Shown here: piece by piece, positions 1-9,272 of the stretch
Layout of the letters: each line of letters opens with the position of its first letter
Numbering within the stretch: the stretch's first letter is position 1
Assembly: GCA_965199495.1 (NCBI GenBank)
Contig: CBDASK010000003.1
Coordinates: 3,392,001-3,456,000, forward strand
Reading direction: 5' to 3'
Source: Abditibacterium sp.
GTDB taxonomy: Bacteria > Armatimonadota > Abditibacteriia > Abditibacteriales > Abditibacteriaceae
DNA: 64,000 nt
Made by a program: the position numbers and the translations under genes
Notes under the pieces: model-generated
The model's input: only the letters and a program-made list of their open reading frames with translations
What the model was told of the DNA's origin: nothing
The model's database searches: none

Positions 1-72
1 GATTTGAACTCTGATTCCAGTTTAAAACTTTCCTACATCCGATGTTCTTATTGCTAAAATATATCAACTGTT

Positions 73-519
73 ATGAAGATCAAACTTTCGCCTGTTCTTG
101 CACTGGCGGCTTTTTCCGCGTTACTTACGCCGCGCGCCGCGCACGCCGATTTGGGATATTGGAGCGCTGCTCTGGTCGGGAACTGGAAAAATCCGCAAAC
201 CGGCGCGACTTACCGGTTCAACTCGAATGCGACTTATACGTTGATTTATGCCAAGGCGACCCACGAAAATGTCGTCGCGGCTTCGGGTTGGTGGAAAATC
301 GTGCAGCCGACCGAAAAAGAGAGCGGCGGCAGCCAAGAAGGGCCAGTGGCGCTATTACTTAAAACGCGCAAAATTACGTTGCTTGGACAAAATGGGAAGC
401 GATATACAAGTGGTATCAAGGTAGATAGCCGTTTGGTCGCGAACACAGTTATCGTGGACGGCGCAGAAAACCGAAATCTCTATCGCATTGGCGGCGTGAA
501 TTGGAAGCGCGTAAAATAG
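73..519 (+). CDS. Hypothetical exported protein
   Basis: 148-aa ORF with a Sec-type signal peptide (MKIKLSPVLALAAFSALLTPRAAHA); no family recognised. Confidence 0.7.
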   Translation: MKIKLSPVLALAAFSALLTPRAAHADLGYWSAALVGNWKNPQTGATYRFNSNATYTLIYAKATHENVVAASGWWKIVQPTEKESGGSQEGPVALLLKTRKITLLGQNGKRYTSGIKVDSRLVANTVIVDGAENRNLYRIGGVNWKRVK

Positions 520-590
520 CGCCAATTTAGTGATATGCCTTTTGCAGTGGCGCGCGCGGCGCTCACTTTCTAAGCTGTATTAGCGAAAAT

Positions 591-1829
591 ATGGCACACA
601 TCAACGACAATTACCTCAAGCTCAAAGCGGGCTATCTGTTTCCCGAAATTTCGCGGCGCGTCAAAGCGTTCACCGATTCCAACCGCGAAGGCGCCGCGCG
701 CCTGATTCGCTGCGGCATCGGCGACGTGACCGAACCGCTCCCACAAGCCGCCATTGACGCGTTAAAAAGTGCGACCGATGAACTGGGCAATCGCGCGAGC
801 TTTCGTGGTTACGGCCCTGAACAAGGCTACGACTTTTTGCGCGAAGCCATCGCCAAAAATGAATATCAAGAGCGCGGCATCAACATTTCTGCCGATGAAA
901 TCTTCGTAAGCGATGGCTCGAAATGCGACACCGCCAACATCCTCGATATTTTCGGCGACGACAATATCATCGCCGTCACCGATCCGGTTTACCCAGTTTA
1001 CGTGGACACCAACGTGATGGCCGGACATACCGGCGAGGCCGACGAAAACGGTCAATATGCCGGGTTGGTTTATCTCAAATGCACGCGCGAAAACGGCTTC
1101 GTCGCGCCGCCGCCAACTCAAAAAGTGGACATCGCGTATTTGTGTTTTCCCAACAACCCGACGGGCGCCGTGGCTACTCGCGAGCAACTGCAAGAATGGG
1201 TGGATTACGCCCTCAAAAACGACACGATTTTGCTGTTCGACGCCGCTTATTCCGATTATATTTCGCGTCCAGATGTTCCGCGTTCGATCTACGAAATCGA
1301 AGGCGCGCGCAATTGCGCCATCGAATTTCGCTCGTTTTCCAAAAGTGGCGGCTTTACCGGCGTGCGTTGCGCTCTCACGGTTGTTCCCGAAACTTTGACG
1401 GCGAAATCGGGCACAGGCGAAGAGGTGCCGTTGCATAAATTGTGGTTGCGCCGCTCGACGACGAAGTTCAACGGCGTTTCCTATCCGATTCAGCGCGCGG
1501 CGGAGGCTTTGTATAAATTCGACGGGCGCCAGCAGGTGCGCGAATTGGTTGAGCATTACATGGGCAACGCGCACATTTTGCGCGAAGCGGCGCGCGAGGC
1601 TGGTTTGGAAGTTTACGGCGGCGAAAACGCGCCCTATATTTGGATCGCGACGCCGTCGGGCCTGACGAGTTGGGACGTTTTCGACAAAATGCTGAGTGAA
1701 GCCAACGTCGTCGTCACGCCCGGTTCGGGCTTTGGCGCGCAGGGCGAAGGCTTCTTCCGCGTCTCGGCGTTCAACTCGCGCGAAAACGCGGAAGAGGTGG
1801 CGACGCGGATTAAAAACGTGAATTGGTAG
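591..1829 (+). CDS. dapL: LL-diaminopimelate aminotransferase
   Basis: [29 protein letters not shown] and PLP-lysine motif [12 protein letters not shown] typical of DapL. Confidence 0.95.
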   Translation: MAHINDNYLKLKAGYLFPEISRRVKAFTDSNREGAARLIRCGIGDVTEPLPQAAIDALKSATDELGNRASFRGYGPEQGYDFLREAIAKNEYQERGINISADEIFVSDGSKCDTANILDIFGDDNIIAVTDPVYPVYVDTNVMAGHTGEADENGQYAGLVYLKCTRENGFVAPPPTQKVDIAYLCFPNNPTGAVATREQLQEWVDYALKNDTILLFDAAYSDYISRPDVPRSIYEIEGARNCAIEFRSFSKSGGFTGVRCALTVVPETLTAKSGTGEEVPLHKLWLRRSTTKFNGVSYPIQRAAEALYKFDGRQQVRELVEHYMGNAHILREAAREAGLEVYGGENAPYIWIATPSGLTSWDVFDKMLSEANVVVTPGSGFGAQGEGFFRVSAFNSRENAEEVATRIKNVNW

Positions 1830-1839
1830 AAAGCCAATT

Positions 1840-1904
1840 GTAGAGACGCCGATTTATCGCGTCTAAAACATGAAATTTTAGACGCGATAAATCGCTGTCT
1901 CTAC
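1840..1904. repeat. REP-like inverted repeat, family A (GTAGAGACGCCGATTTATCGCGTCT)
   Basis: GTAG-headed inverted pair; near-identical copy at 43301-43395. Confidence 0.85.
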
Positions 1905-1913
1905 GAAATCCAA

Positions 1914-2864
1914 ATGAAAATTATCGTATTAGATGGCACGCCGCTCGACATTGGCGATATGAATTGGGATGCGCTGCGTGAGCTGGGCGAAGTCACGATT
2001 TACGACCGCACCGCACCCGACGAAGTCGCCGCGCGCATCGCGGGCGCTGACGCCGTTTTTAACAATAGCGTGGCACTCACCGCGCAGCATTTCGCGGGCG
2101 CGCCGACAGTGAAATACGTCGGCAAAATGTCCACGGGTTTCGATAATGTGGATGTGCAAGCCGCGCGCGCAAACGGCATCACGGTTTGCAACGTGCCGTC
2201 GTATTCCGCGCATTTCACCGCGCAAACCGCCATCGCTTTGCTGTTGGAGTTGTGCCATCGCGTTGGCAGCCACGCCGACGCCGTGGCTGCTGGTGCGTGG
2301 AGCAAATCGTATTATTATTCGTTTTGGAACGGCCCGCTCATCGAACTCGAAAACAAAACTTTGGTGATCCTCGGAATGGGCGCGATTGGCCGTCGCGTCG
2401 CGGCCATCGGCGAGGCATTGGGAATGCGCGTTGTCGCCGCGCAGTCGCCGGGCCGCGATTACGATGCGGATTCGCTGCACATTCCTTTAACCGAAGCGTT
2501 GCCCCTCGCCGATGTCGTTTCACTGCATTGCCCGCTCCGACCCGAAACGCGCGCCCTCGTCAACGCCGAGTTTCTGGCGCAAATGAAGCCGTCTGCGTTT
2601 TTGATTAACACCGCGCGCGGCGGCTTAATTGACGAAGCGGCGTTAGCGAGGGCGTTGCAAAACGGCACAATCGCCGGGTTCGGCGCCGACGTGTTGAGCG
2701 CCGAGCCGCCGCCCGACGATAACCCGTTGATTGGCGCGCCCAACGCGATTATCACGCCTCACATGGGCTGGGCTTCGGTTGAAGCGCGCGCACGGTGTTT
2801 GCAAACGTGCGTTGAAAATTTGCGCGCGTATTTGGATGGAAGTCCGCGCAATGTCGTCTCGTAA
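1914..2864 (+). CDS. D-2-hydroxyacid dehydrogenase (glycerate dehydrogenase/hydroxypyruvate reductase-like)
   Basis: GMGAIG nucleotide-binding motif, SLHCPL, INTARGGLIDE, TPHMGW. Confidence 0.9.
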   Translation: MKIIVLDGTPLDIGDMNWDALRELGEVTIYDRTAPDEVAARIAGADAVFNNSVALTAQHFAGAPTVKYVGKMSTGFDNVDVQAARANGITVCNVPSYSAHFTAQTAIALLLELCHRVGSHADAVAAGAWSKSYYYSFWNGPLIELENKTLVILGMGAIGRRVAAIGEALGMRVVAAQSPGRDYDADSLHIPLTEALPLADVVSLHCPLRPETRALVNAEFLAQMKPSAFLINTARGGLIDEAALARALQNGTIAGFGADVLSAEPPPDDNPLIGAPNAIITPHMGWASVEARARCLQTCVENLRAYLDGSPRNVVS

Positions 2865-2867
2865 AAA

Positions 2868-2995
2868 GCCACAAAGGGCACAAAGAAGCCCAAAGAAGTT
2901 AATTTGTAAAAGCAAAAATTTAAAATTTAATTCTTTACGTTTTAACTTCTTCGGGCTTCTTTGTGCCCTTTGTGTGTTCTCTGTGAACTTTGTGG
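2868..2995. repeat. Palindromic repeat, family B (GCCACARAG.../...TCTGTGGC), degenerate copy
   Basis: CACAAAG-rich left arm and its reverse complement around an AT-rich loop; related copies at 10376, 21581, 27079, 33709. Confidence 0.75.
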
Positions 2996-3004
2996 GTAAA
3001 AACG

Positions 3005-3034
3005 AAAACCGCGCACCAATCGGCGCGCGGTTTT
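3005..3034 (-). terminator. Intrinsic terminator downstream of the tRNA pair
   Basis: AAAACCGCGC...GCGCGGTTTT hairpin. Confidence 0.6.
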
Positions 3035-3044
3035 GATTTCTAAA

Positions 3045-3131
3045 AGGAGAGAGCGGGATTTGAACCCGCGATAGTTTTTACGCTATAACTTCTTAGCAGG
3101 AAGTCGCCTTAAACCACTCAGCCATCTCTCC
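3045..3131 (-). tRNA. tRNA-Ser(GCT), atypical copy
   Basis: Reverse complement folds as a cloverleaf: GGAGAGA/TCTCTCC acceptor, ACTTC-CTGCTAA-GAAGT anticodon arm, long variable arm, GCGGG-TTCAAAT-CCCGC T arm; discriminator U; no CCA. Confidence 0.85.
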
Positions 3132-3200
3132 AGATGGGTGAATTGAAAAGCGACTATAACTTCGATTTTTCATGGTTTAAGGCGACCTCCGTTAGAGATT

Positions 3201-3283
3201 TGCACGAGAGAGGACTTGAACCTCCACGCCCTTGCGGGCACTAGATTCTGAGTCTAGCGCGTCTGCCATTCCGCCACTCGTGC
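3201..3283 (-). tRNA. tRNA-Leu(CAG)
   Basis: GCACGAG acceptor, CTAGA-CTCAGAA-TCTAG anticodon arm, variable arm, GGTTCAAGTCC T loop. Confidence 0.95.
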
Positions 3284-3334
3284 GAGTGCTTTTAGCGAAG
3301 TCGGGTTGGGAAACAACGCCAAAGGCAAAGAGAA

Positions 3335-3363
3335 ATTATAACGTTTGGCGCCCGATGCGTCAA
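3335..3363 (-). promoter_or_regulatory. Sigma70-type promoter for the tRNA-Leu/tRNA-Ser transcript
   Basis: Minus strand TTGACG-17 bp-TATAAT, about 50 bp upstream of tRNA-Leu. Confidence 0.7.
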
Positions 3364-3389
3364 GCCAATTCGCGATAAAATTTAACGCG

Positions 3390-4292
3390 ATGATTTTAGC
3401 TCTGGAACTCCAGCCCGACAGCGCACGCGGCCACGCGCTCGACGAGATGGGAACCATTCAATATGCGCGCGTCCACTCTTTGGCTTCGGCTTTGACGCCC
3501 GCGCAAAGATGGCTCGAACTCATCGAATTGGCGCGCGACGTGGGCGCAGGCGTCGCGCTCGAACCCGCGCAAATGGCGCGCATTGTTCTGGTTTTTCCGG
3601 GCGAACTTGACGCCGCCGGGCGCGTGAAGGCGGGCGCCGATGGTTTCGGCGGCTACGACTTAAAACGCGGATTGCGCGAACATTTGCACACGGGCGAGGC
3701 CGAAATCGTCGTCGCCTCGGACGGCGTGGCTGATGCGTGGGCGCAGACGCAAGCGGGCGTGTTGCGCGAATGGGACGATTGGATTTATCTCGGCATCGGC
3801 GAGCAATTGGAAAGCGTGGCGTGCGTGCGCGGCGTTTGGCTGCAACCGAATTTGGGCGGCTTGGTTTTGCAGCGCGACGGCGCGATGGACAGCGCCGGGC
3901 GACAAGGCACGTTCAGCGCCTATTGCGCGGGATTGTCGTTTGCCGAGCGCACGCGCAGTTACAGTTTGAACGTGGCGCCGCGCGAGATTTGGGCGTTAGC
4001 CGATACGAATTTCGCCGCGCAATCGTTGGCACGCGATTACGTTTCGCGCTTGGCGCAGGGACTGGCGAGTTCGGTTGCGGCACTTTCTCCGCGTCGCATT
4101 TGCATCGGCGGCGATTTGGGGCGCGAGATATTTTCGCAAATTCACGCTGAGTTAGCGTCGGAGTTGCGAGATTATGGGCACGCTGCTGCGTGGCATGGGG
4201 CTATCGTTTTAAGCGCGTCTGGCGCGGCGCATCCCGAAAGTATCGCGCCGGGCGCGTTGGCCTTAGCCACGTTGGGCGAGCCGCCACTGTAA
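3390..4292 (+). CDS. Divergent ROK-family protein (sugar kinase/regulator fold)
   Basis: ROK-like layout (FPGELD, DGVADAWA, IYLGIG, G-T-FSAYCAG, ICIGGDL); catalytic motifs degenerate; start taken at MILALE. Confidence 0.6.
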   Translation: MILALELQPDSARGHALDEMGTIQYARVHSLASALTPAQRWLELIELARDVGAGVALEPAQMARIVLVFPGELDAAGRVKAGADGFGGYDLKRGLREHLHTGEAEIVVASDGVADAWAQTQAGVLREWDDWIYLGIGEQLESVACVRGVWLQPNLGGLVLQRDGAMDSAGRQGTFSAYCAGLSFAERTRSYSLNVAPREIWALADTNFAAQSLARDYVSRLAQGLASSVAALSPRRICIGGDLGREIFSQIHAELASELRDYGHAAAWHGAIVLSASGAAHPESIAPGALALATLGEPPL

Positions 4293-4378
4293 ATGGCGGA
4301 AGTTGGAAGCTAAAATGCACGTAAATCGCTTGCTGTTGGCATCCTTCTCACTTCCGACTTCCAACTTCTTAAAATATC

Positions 4379-5947
4379 ATGGATTCTCTTCAACTCTGGA
4401 ACCGTTTCAAGCACTACTACTTTAGCGATGACGCTTTAGGTTTTGCCCTCGACATTTCGCGCATGAATTTTGGCGATAACTTCTTCGCCGATTTCGAGCC
4501 GAAATTGCAAAAAGCCTACGCGCAGATGGACGAACTGGAGCGTGGCGCCATCGCCAATCCCGATGAGAAACGTCGAGTCGGCCATTACTGGTTGCGCAAT
4601 CCGCAACTGGCGCCCGACGATTTGGGCGCACAAATCACGGCAGTGCTGGACAAGATTAAAACATTTGCATCGCAAGTTCACGACGGCGAAATTATGCCGC
4701 CAAGCGGCGGCAAATTCGAGCATCTGCTCATCATCGGCATCGGCGGTTCGGCATTGGGGCCGCAGTTCGTCACCAACGCTTTGTCGTGGCCGGGCCGCGA
4801 CCAAATGAACGCGCACTTTTTCGACAACACCGATCCCGACGGCATCGAGCGCACGCTCGCCGAAATCGGTGACAATCTGAAGAACACTTTGACAATCGTG
4901 ATTTCTAAGTCGGGCGGCACCAAAGAAACGCGCAACGGAATGTTGGAAGCGCAGGCCGCCTATCACGAAGCCGGTTTGGACTTCGGGCAACACGCCGTGG
5001 CTATTACCGGCGAAGGTTCGCAACTCGATAAAGTCGCGCAGCACGAACGCTGGCTCGAACGCTTCGCCATGTTCGATTGGATCGGCGGGCGCACCTCGGA
5101 ACTCAGCGCCGTTGGCTTGTTGCCCGCCGCGTTGCAGGGCTTCGATATTGACGCGATGTTGAGTGGCGCCGCTCAAATGGATGCGCTGACGCGGCGTCAC
5201 GAAACCCTGAAAAACCCCGCCGCGTTAATGGCGGCGATGTGGCATTTCGCGACGAACGGCAAGGGCGAGAAAGATATGGTGATTTTGCCGTATAAAGATC
5301 GTTTGGCGTTGTTTTCGCGTTATTTGCAGCAGTTAGTGATGGAAAGTTTGGGTAAAGAAAAAGATTTGCAGGGCAACGTCGTGCATCAGGGCATCGCGGT
5401 TTACGGCAACAAAGGTTCGACCGACCAACACGCTTACGTGCAACAGTTGCGCGACGGCGTCCCTAATTTCTTCGCGATTTTCGTCGAAGTTTTGCACACG
5501 CGCGACGCTGCCAAACTCGAAGTCGAGCCGGGCGTGACTTCGGGCGATTTCCTGAGCGGCTTTTTGTATGGCACGCGCAAAGCGTTATATGAAAACGACC
5601 GTGGCTCGCTGACAATTACGGTTGACCGCGCCGACGCGCAAACCGTCGGCGCTTTAATCGCGTTGTTCGAGCGCACGGTTGGCTTTTACGCGAGCTTTGT
5701 GAACATTAACGCCTACGACCAACCGGGCGTTGAAGCGGGCAAAAAAGCGGCGCAAAGCATCATCGAAATGCAAAGTCATCTGATGACCGTATTGCAGGAC
5801 GGCGGCGGCACTTCCGACGATTTGGCGATGCGCATCGGCGCGCAGGACAAGGCCGAAGACGTGTTTCACATCCTCAACCACTTGGCCGCCAACAAGCGCG
5901 TCAAAGCCAGCGAAGCCGGGCCAAACGCAACGTTTGAGTTGAATTAA
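4379..5947 (+). CDS. pgi: Glucose-6-phosphate isomerase
   Basis: [44 protein letters not shown]. Confidence 0.97.
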   Translation: MDSLQLWNRFKHYYFSDDALGFALDISRMNFGDNFFADFEPKLQKAYAQMDELERGAIANPDEKRRVGHYWLRNPQLAPDDLGAQITAVLDKIKTFASQVHDGEIMPPSGGKFEHLLIIGIGGSALGPQFVTNALSWPGRDQMNAHFFDNTDPDGIERTLAEIGDNLKNTLTIVISKSGGTKETRNGMLEAQAAYHEAGLDFGQHAVAITGEGSQLDKVAQHERWLERFAMFDWIGGRTSELSAVGLLPAALQGFDIDAMLSGAAQMDALTRRHETLKNPAALMAAMWHFATNGKGEKDMVILPYKDRLALFSRYLQQLVMESLGKEKDLQGNVVHQGIAVYGNKGSTDQHAYVQQLRDGVPNFFAIFVEVLHTRDAAKLEVEPGVTSGDFLSGFLYGTRKALYENDRGSLTITVDRADAQTVGALIALFERTVGFYASFVNINAYDQPGVEAGKKAAQSIIEMQSHLMTVLQDGGGTSDDLAMRIGAQDKAEDVFHILNHLAANKRVKASEAGPNATFELN

Positions 5948-5960
5948 TTTTTGGCGAAAT

Positions 5961-6003
5961 AAAAAAGCACCGATCGCATCCCAGATGCAATCGGTGCTTT
6001 TTT
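5961..6003. terminator. Bidirectional intrinsic terminator
   Basis: AAAAAAGCACCGAT...ATCGGTGCTTTTTT between convergent genes. Confidence 0.85.
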
Positions 6004-6008
6004 GTTAA

Positions 6009-6476
6009 TTAAATATCGCGCCATAGACGAGCGTCGCAAAAGTAATTGAGATGTTTGGGATTGGTCGTCGCCAAAGTCGTGTGACCGCCCGCCGCTTCAT
6101 CGGCCCAGAAGCGCGTTGCGGCGCGCACTTGCGCCACCAAAACCATGTCGCCATCGAGCGATAAATTGTTGGTCGCGGGTTTGCCAATGTTGCGCGCTTC
6201 CACCCAAATTTGCGCGGCTTCGAGCATCGTCTGCGTATCAATCGGCAGGTATTCTAAGGTTGATTTCAATAGATTCAGGCTGGCGAGGCCCGCTGCTTTG
6301 TTGGCGCGAATCAGTTCCCGCCGAACTTCATAGTCGGCGATTTCGGGAATGACAACGATGTCGCCGTTTGCAATCAAAGCGAACATCCATTCTTTCGCTT
6401 CGTCGTTTTCCGGCGAGGCTTTGGGATTGGAAATCTTGCCCAACGGCCCGCTATCAAGCACGGTGATTCGTCTCAT
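6009..6476 (-). CDS. PIN-domain (VapC-like) ribonuclease toxin
   Basis: VLDSGPLG, IPEIADYEVRREL, DGDMVLVAQ, ATTNPKH acidic PIN motifs. Confidence 0.85.
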   Translation of the reverse strand: MRRITVLDSGPLGKISNPKASPENDEAKEWMFALIANGDIVVIPEIADYEVRRELIRANKAAGLASLNLLKSTLEYLPIDTQTMLEAAQIWVEARNIGKPATNNLSLDGDMVLVAQVRAATRFWADEAAGGHTTLATTNPKHLNYFCDARLWRDI

Positions 6477-6781
6477 GAAGAATCATCGCCGTCGTCGGGA
6501 AAATATGGACGATTGGGCGAAAGCCGATCTTCGTCCAAGGCTTTTTTCAAGAACGCCCACGTCTCTTTTTGTTCCTCGATTTCTTCGGGCGTAAAATTAT
6601 CCCATGCGCGCAAAACTCGGAGAGCTTCGATATTGCGCGGACGATTGGCTTGTTTACGCGAAGGTAATCGCGCCAACGCACGATCTCTTCTCATGCTCAC
6701 CGGCGGAAATTCATTCTCTTTAACTTTGTTTTTCGGTTTGGTTTGCGTTGCCATTGCGACATCACCTCTTTTCTCCATCAC
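6473..6781 (-). CDS. Putative antitoxin of the PIN toxin
   Basis: Small ORF overlapping the toxin start by 4 bp; C-terminal EQKETWAFLKKALDEDRLS; start may be 6754. Confidence 0.7.
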   Translation of the reverse strand: MMEKRGDVAMATQTKPKNKVKENEFPPVSMRRDRALARLPSRKQANRPRNIEALRVLRAWDNFTPEEIEEQKETWAFLKKALDEDRLSPNRPYFPDDGDDSS

Positions 6782-6813
6782 AGTTTAGAAGAAACTGCCA
6801 CTTTGCCCCGAAA

Positions 6814-7830
6814 TCAAGCCGCCGTTCCGTTGAGGTGCGGCAAGAATTCTTTGACTTCGCCCGCCAACTTCGCCGGGTCTTCCAAATCGCCCAACTTGCG
6901 GAAACGTTGATAGCGCGCTTCCAATAATTCGTCGGGCGAGTATTGTTCGACTTCGGCCAAATGGCGCCCGATGGCTTCTTCCAAATTGCGGCCCATTTGC
7001 GGCAAATCGCGGTGTGCGCCGCCCAACGGTTCGGGCACGATTTCTTCGATGACGCCCAAACGCAACGCGTCTTCGGCGGTGATGCGCAATTGTTCGCTGG
7101 CGAGCGGCGCTTTGGCGGCGTCGCGGAATAGAATCGCGGCGCAACCTTCGGGCGAAATCACCGAATAATAGGCGTGTTCGAGCATCAAAACGCGGTCGCC
7201 CAGCGCCGTGGCTATGGCGCCGCCCGAACAACCTTCGCCGATAATCACCACGATAATCGGCACGCGCAAACGGCTCATTAGTAACTGCGAATGGGCGATG
7301 GCTTCCGAGATGCCGCGCTCTTCGGCGGCGGGTGAACAGGCGGCGCCCGGCGTATCCACGAGGGAAATAATCGGGCGATTAAATCTTGCGGCCAGTTCCA
7401 TGACGCGGCCCGCTTTGCGCAATCCTTCGGGCGAGGGTTGGCCGAAATTGCGCAACTGTCGTTCTTTGGTGTCGCGGCCTTTCTGATTGCCAATCACAGC
7501 CACGGGGCGCCCATTGAAGCGCGCGAAGCCAGCGACGACGGCGCCATCGTCGCCATAAGCGCGGTCGCCGTGAATTTCCGTCCATTCGGTGCAAAGCGCG
7601 CCGATGTAATCGAGCGAGTAGGGACGTTTAGGATGACGCGCCATTTGAACTTTATCCCACGACGACAGACCGCCAAAAATCTGGCGCATCATCGCGGTTT
7701 TCTGGGTTTCGATGCGCTCAATTTTCGAGTCGAGATTGAGGTTTTCAGTTGCGGCCAGACGTTTCAACTCGTCAATTTGTTCTTCGAGTTCAACAAGCGG
7801 TTTTTCAAAGGGAAGCCAACGGGAAAGCAT
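6814..7830 (-). CDS. accA: Acetyl-CoA carboxylase carboxyltransferase alpha subunit
   Basis: FEKPL, ARHPKRP, HGDR, RNFG, DTPGA, YSVISPEGCAAIL, GGAHRD. Confidence 0.97.
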   Translation of the reverse strand: MLSRWLPFEKPLVELEEQIDELKRLAATENLNLDSKIERIETQKTAMMRQIFGGLSSWDKVQMARHPKRPYSLDYIGALCTEWTEIHGDRAYGDDGAVVAGFARFNGRPVAVIGNQKGRDTKERQLRNFGQPSPEGLRKAGRVMELAARFNRPIISLVDTPGAACSPAAEERGISEAIAHSQLLMSRLRVPIIVVIIGEGCSGGAIATALGDRVLMLEHAYYSVISPEGCAAILFRDAAKAPLASEQLRITAEDALRLGVIEEIVPEPLGGAHRDLPQMGRNLEEAIGRHLAEVEQYSPDELLEARYQRFRKLGDLEDPAKLAGEVKEFLPHLNGTAA

Positions 7831-7927
7831 GAGTAAATTCAATTGGGCGCGCAATTGCGGCGTTTCAGTTTAAGGCGAAATGTCATTCTGAGCGGCGATT
7901 TTCGCTCCCTTCGTTGTCATACTGAGG

Positions 7928-8164
7928 ACTGAACACGCTTTTAGCGTGAAAAGGGCGGCAAAGAACGTCTGTTTGGTTTCGGCACATTCACGTTCGGCGG
8001 GGCTTGCGCCCTCTTCCAATCGGGTGCGAAGGAGAAATCCAAGATTGGAAGGAGGCGCAAGCCCCGCCAAATATAACGCTCGCCGAAACAGCACAATGAG
8101 GCCGATTTGAGCGTGAAAAGCCGAGAGTTCATTAGCAGGAACTGAACACGCTTTTAGCGTGAAA
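7928..8164. repeat. Composite repeat: 24-bp direct repeats flanking a family D palindrome
   Basis: ACTGAACACGCTTTTAGCGTGAAA at 7928-7951 and 8141-8164; GGCGGGGCTTGCGCCCTCTTCCAATC...GATTGGAAGGAGGCGCAAGCCCCGCC at 7996-8068. Confidence 0.85.
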
Positions 8165-8287
8165 TGGGTGGCAATCAACTGGCGTTCCAGAGGCTTCATC
8201 TGCCCTGACTACATCGGGCGCCCAGGCATCCGGCTACGCCAAGCGTCCTCACGGACGCGAATTGAGCTGTTTTCCTATTCGCATTGT

Positions 8288-9103
8288 TCAATCCAGCAAC
8301 AGCGCCAACAAACTCGACAACTGGCTTTTGAGTTTAGCGCGCGGCACAATCATATCAATTTGACCGTGATTCATCTGAAATTCGGCGGATTGAAAATCGC
8401 GCGGCAATTTAATCCGCAAATTCTGTTCGATAACGCGCGCGCCAGTAAAGCCGATTAATGCGCCCGGTTCGGCGACGATGAGATCGCCCAACGACGAAAA
8501 GCTCGCTTGCACGCCCGCCATCGAAGGATCGGTCAAAATCGAAATGAACGGCAAGTTCGCCTCGCGCAGACGAGCCACGGCGGCACTGGTCTTGGCCATC
8601 TGCATCAGGCTCATCAAGCCTTCCTGCATGCGCGCGCCGCCGGTTGATGTCGCCGTCACGACGGGAATTTTTTCTTCCAAAGCGCGCTCGAACGTGCGCG
8701 TGACTTTCTCGCCGAAAACGCTGCCCATCGAGCCGCCCATGAAACCGAAATCCGAAGCGGCGATGGCAATCGGGCGATTATCCAAAATCGCGCGCCCGTT
8801 GATCATTGAATCGCGTAGGCCGGTTTTGCCCTGCGCGCCGTCGCGCTTGGGCGCGTAATCGGGGAATTGCAGCGGGTCGCGCGGACTTAAATCGGCGTCC
8901 CATTCTTCAAATTCGTCGGACAACAACGCGATGCGTTCGCGCGCGCCCAAGCGGGCGTGATAACCGCAACGCGAGCAAACTTTGAGATCGCGCAACCAAT
9001 CTTTGGTGACGAGCATCGCCCCACATTTGGGACACTTAACCATTAAGTTGGCGGGCACGTCTTCCATGCGGGCCGAAACCGGATCGTGAGGATAGCTGAT
9101 CAT
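8288..9103 (-). CDS. accD: Acetyl-CoA carboxylase carboxyltransferase beta subunit
   Basis: KCPKC...CSRC zinc finger, FMGGSMG, GGARMQEG, LMQMAKTS, GFTGARVIEQ. Confidence 0.97.
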   Translation of the reverse strand: MISYPHDPVSARMEDVPANLMVKCPKCGAMLVTKDWLRDLKVCSRCGYHARLGARERIALLSDEFEEWDADLSPRDPLQFPDYAPKRDGAQGKTGLRDSMINGRAILDNRPIAIAASDFGFMGGSMGSVFGEKVTRTFERALEEKIPVVTATSTGGARMQEGLMSLMQMAKTSAAVARLREANLPFISILTDPSMAGVQASFSSLGDLIVAEPGALIGFTGARVIEQNLRIKLPRDFQSAEFQMNHGQIDMIVPRAKLKSQLSSLLALLLD

Positions 9104-9106
9104 GGG

Positions 9107-9219
9107 AAAGGATGAAGGCTGAAGGATAAAGGATGAAAAGGGGGCAAATAGCAGCCGAGCAACGAAGAATAAAATAGCAAAAACCCTTTTTATCCTTTAT
9201 CCTTCAGCCTTCATCCTTT
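9107..9219. repeat. Palindrome built of 7-nt units (AAGGATG/AAGGCTG), family F
   Basis: GAAAGGATGAAGGCTGAAGGATAAAGGATGAAA and its reverse complement; degenerate relative at about 19969-20055. Confidence 0.75.
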
Positions 9220-9272
9220 CTTAGCTTGCCTGATTTAGAGCGTTTTAGCCAACTTTTGTTCACTTAACTTCG

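Noticed and set aside
2643..3036. Short ORFs with LCALCV/SLCVFSV-like peptides (also near 10446 and 26922-27362)
   Set aside because: Translations of repeat family B
7928..8164. Possible CRISPR array (24-bp hairpin direct repeats)
   Set aside because: Only two copies, 189 bp between them, spacer filled by another repeat, no cas genes
7870..8199. 109-aa ORF between accD and accA
   Set aside because: It is a translation of the repeat cassette (FTLKACSV twice, LEEGASPA)
8220..8236. ZTP/pfl riboswitch-like GCCGnnnGCCTGGGC
   Set aside because: The 5' aptamer half was not recognisable and the downstream gene accA is not a typical target
8243..8258. Hammerhead ribozyme (GTCCGTGAGGAC stem on the minus strand)
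   Set aside because: Flanking CUGAUGA and GAAA core nucleotides are absent
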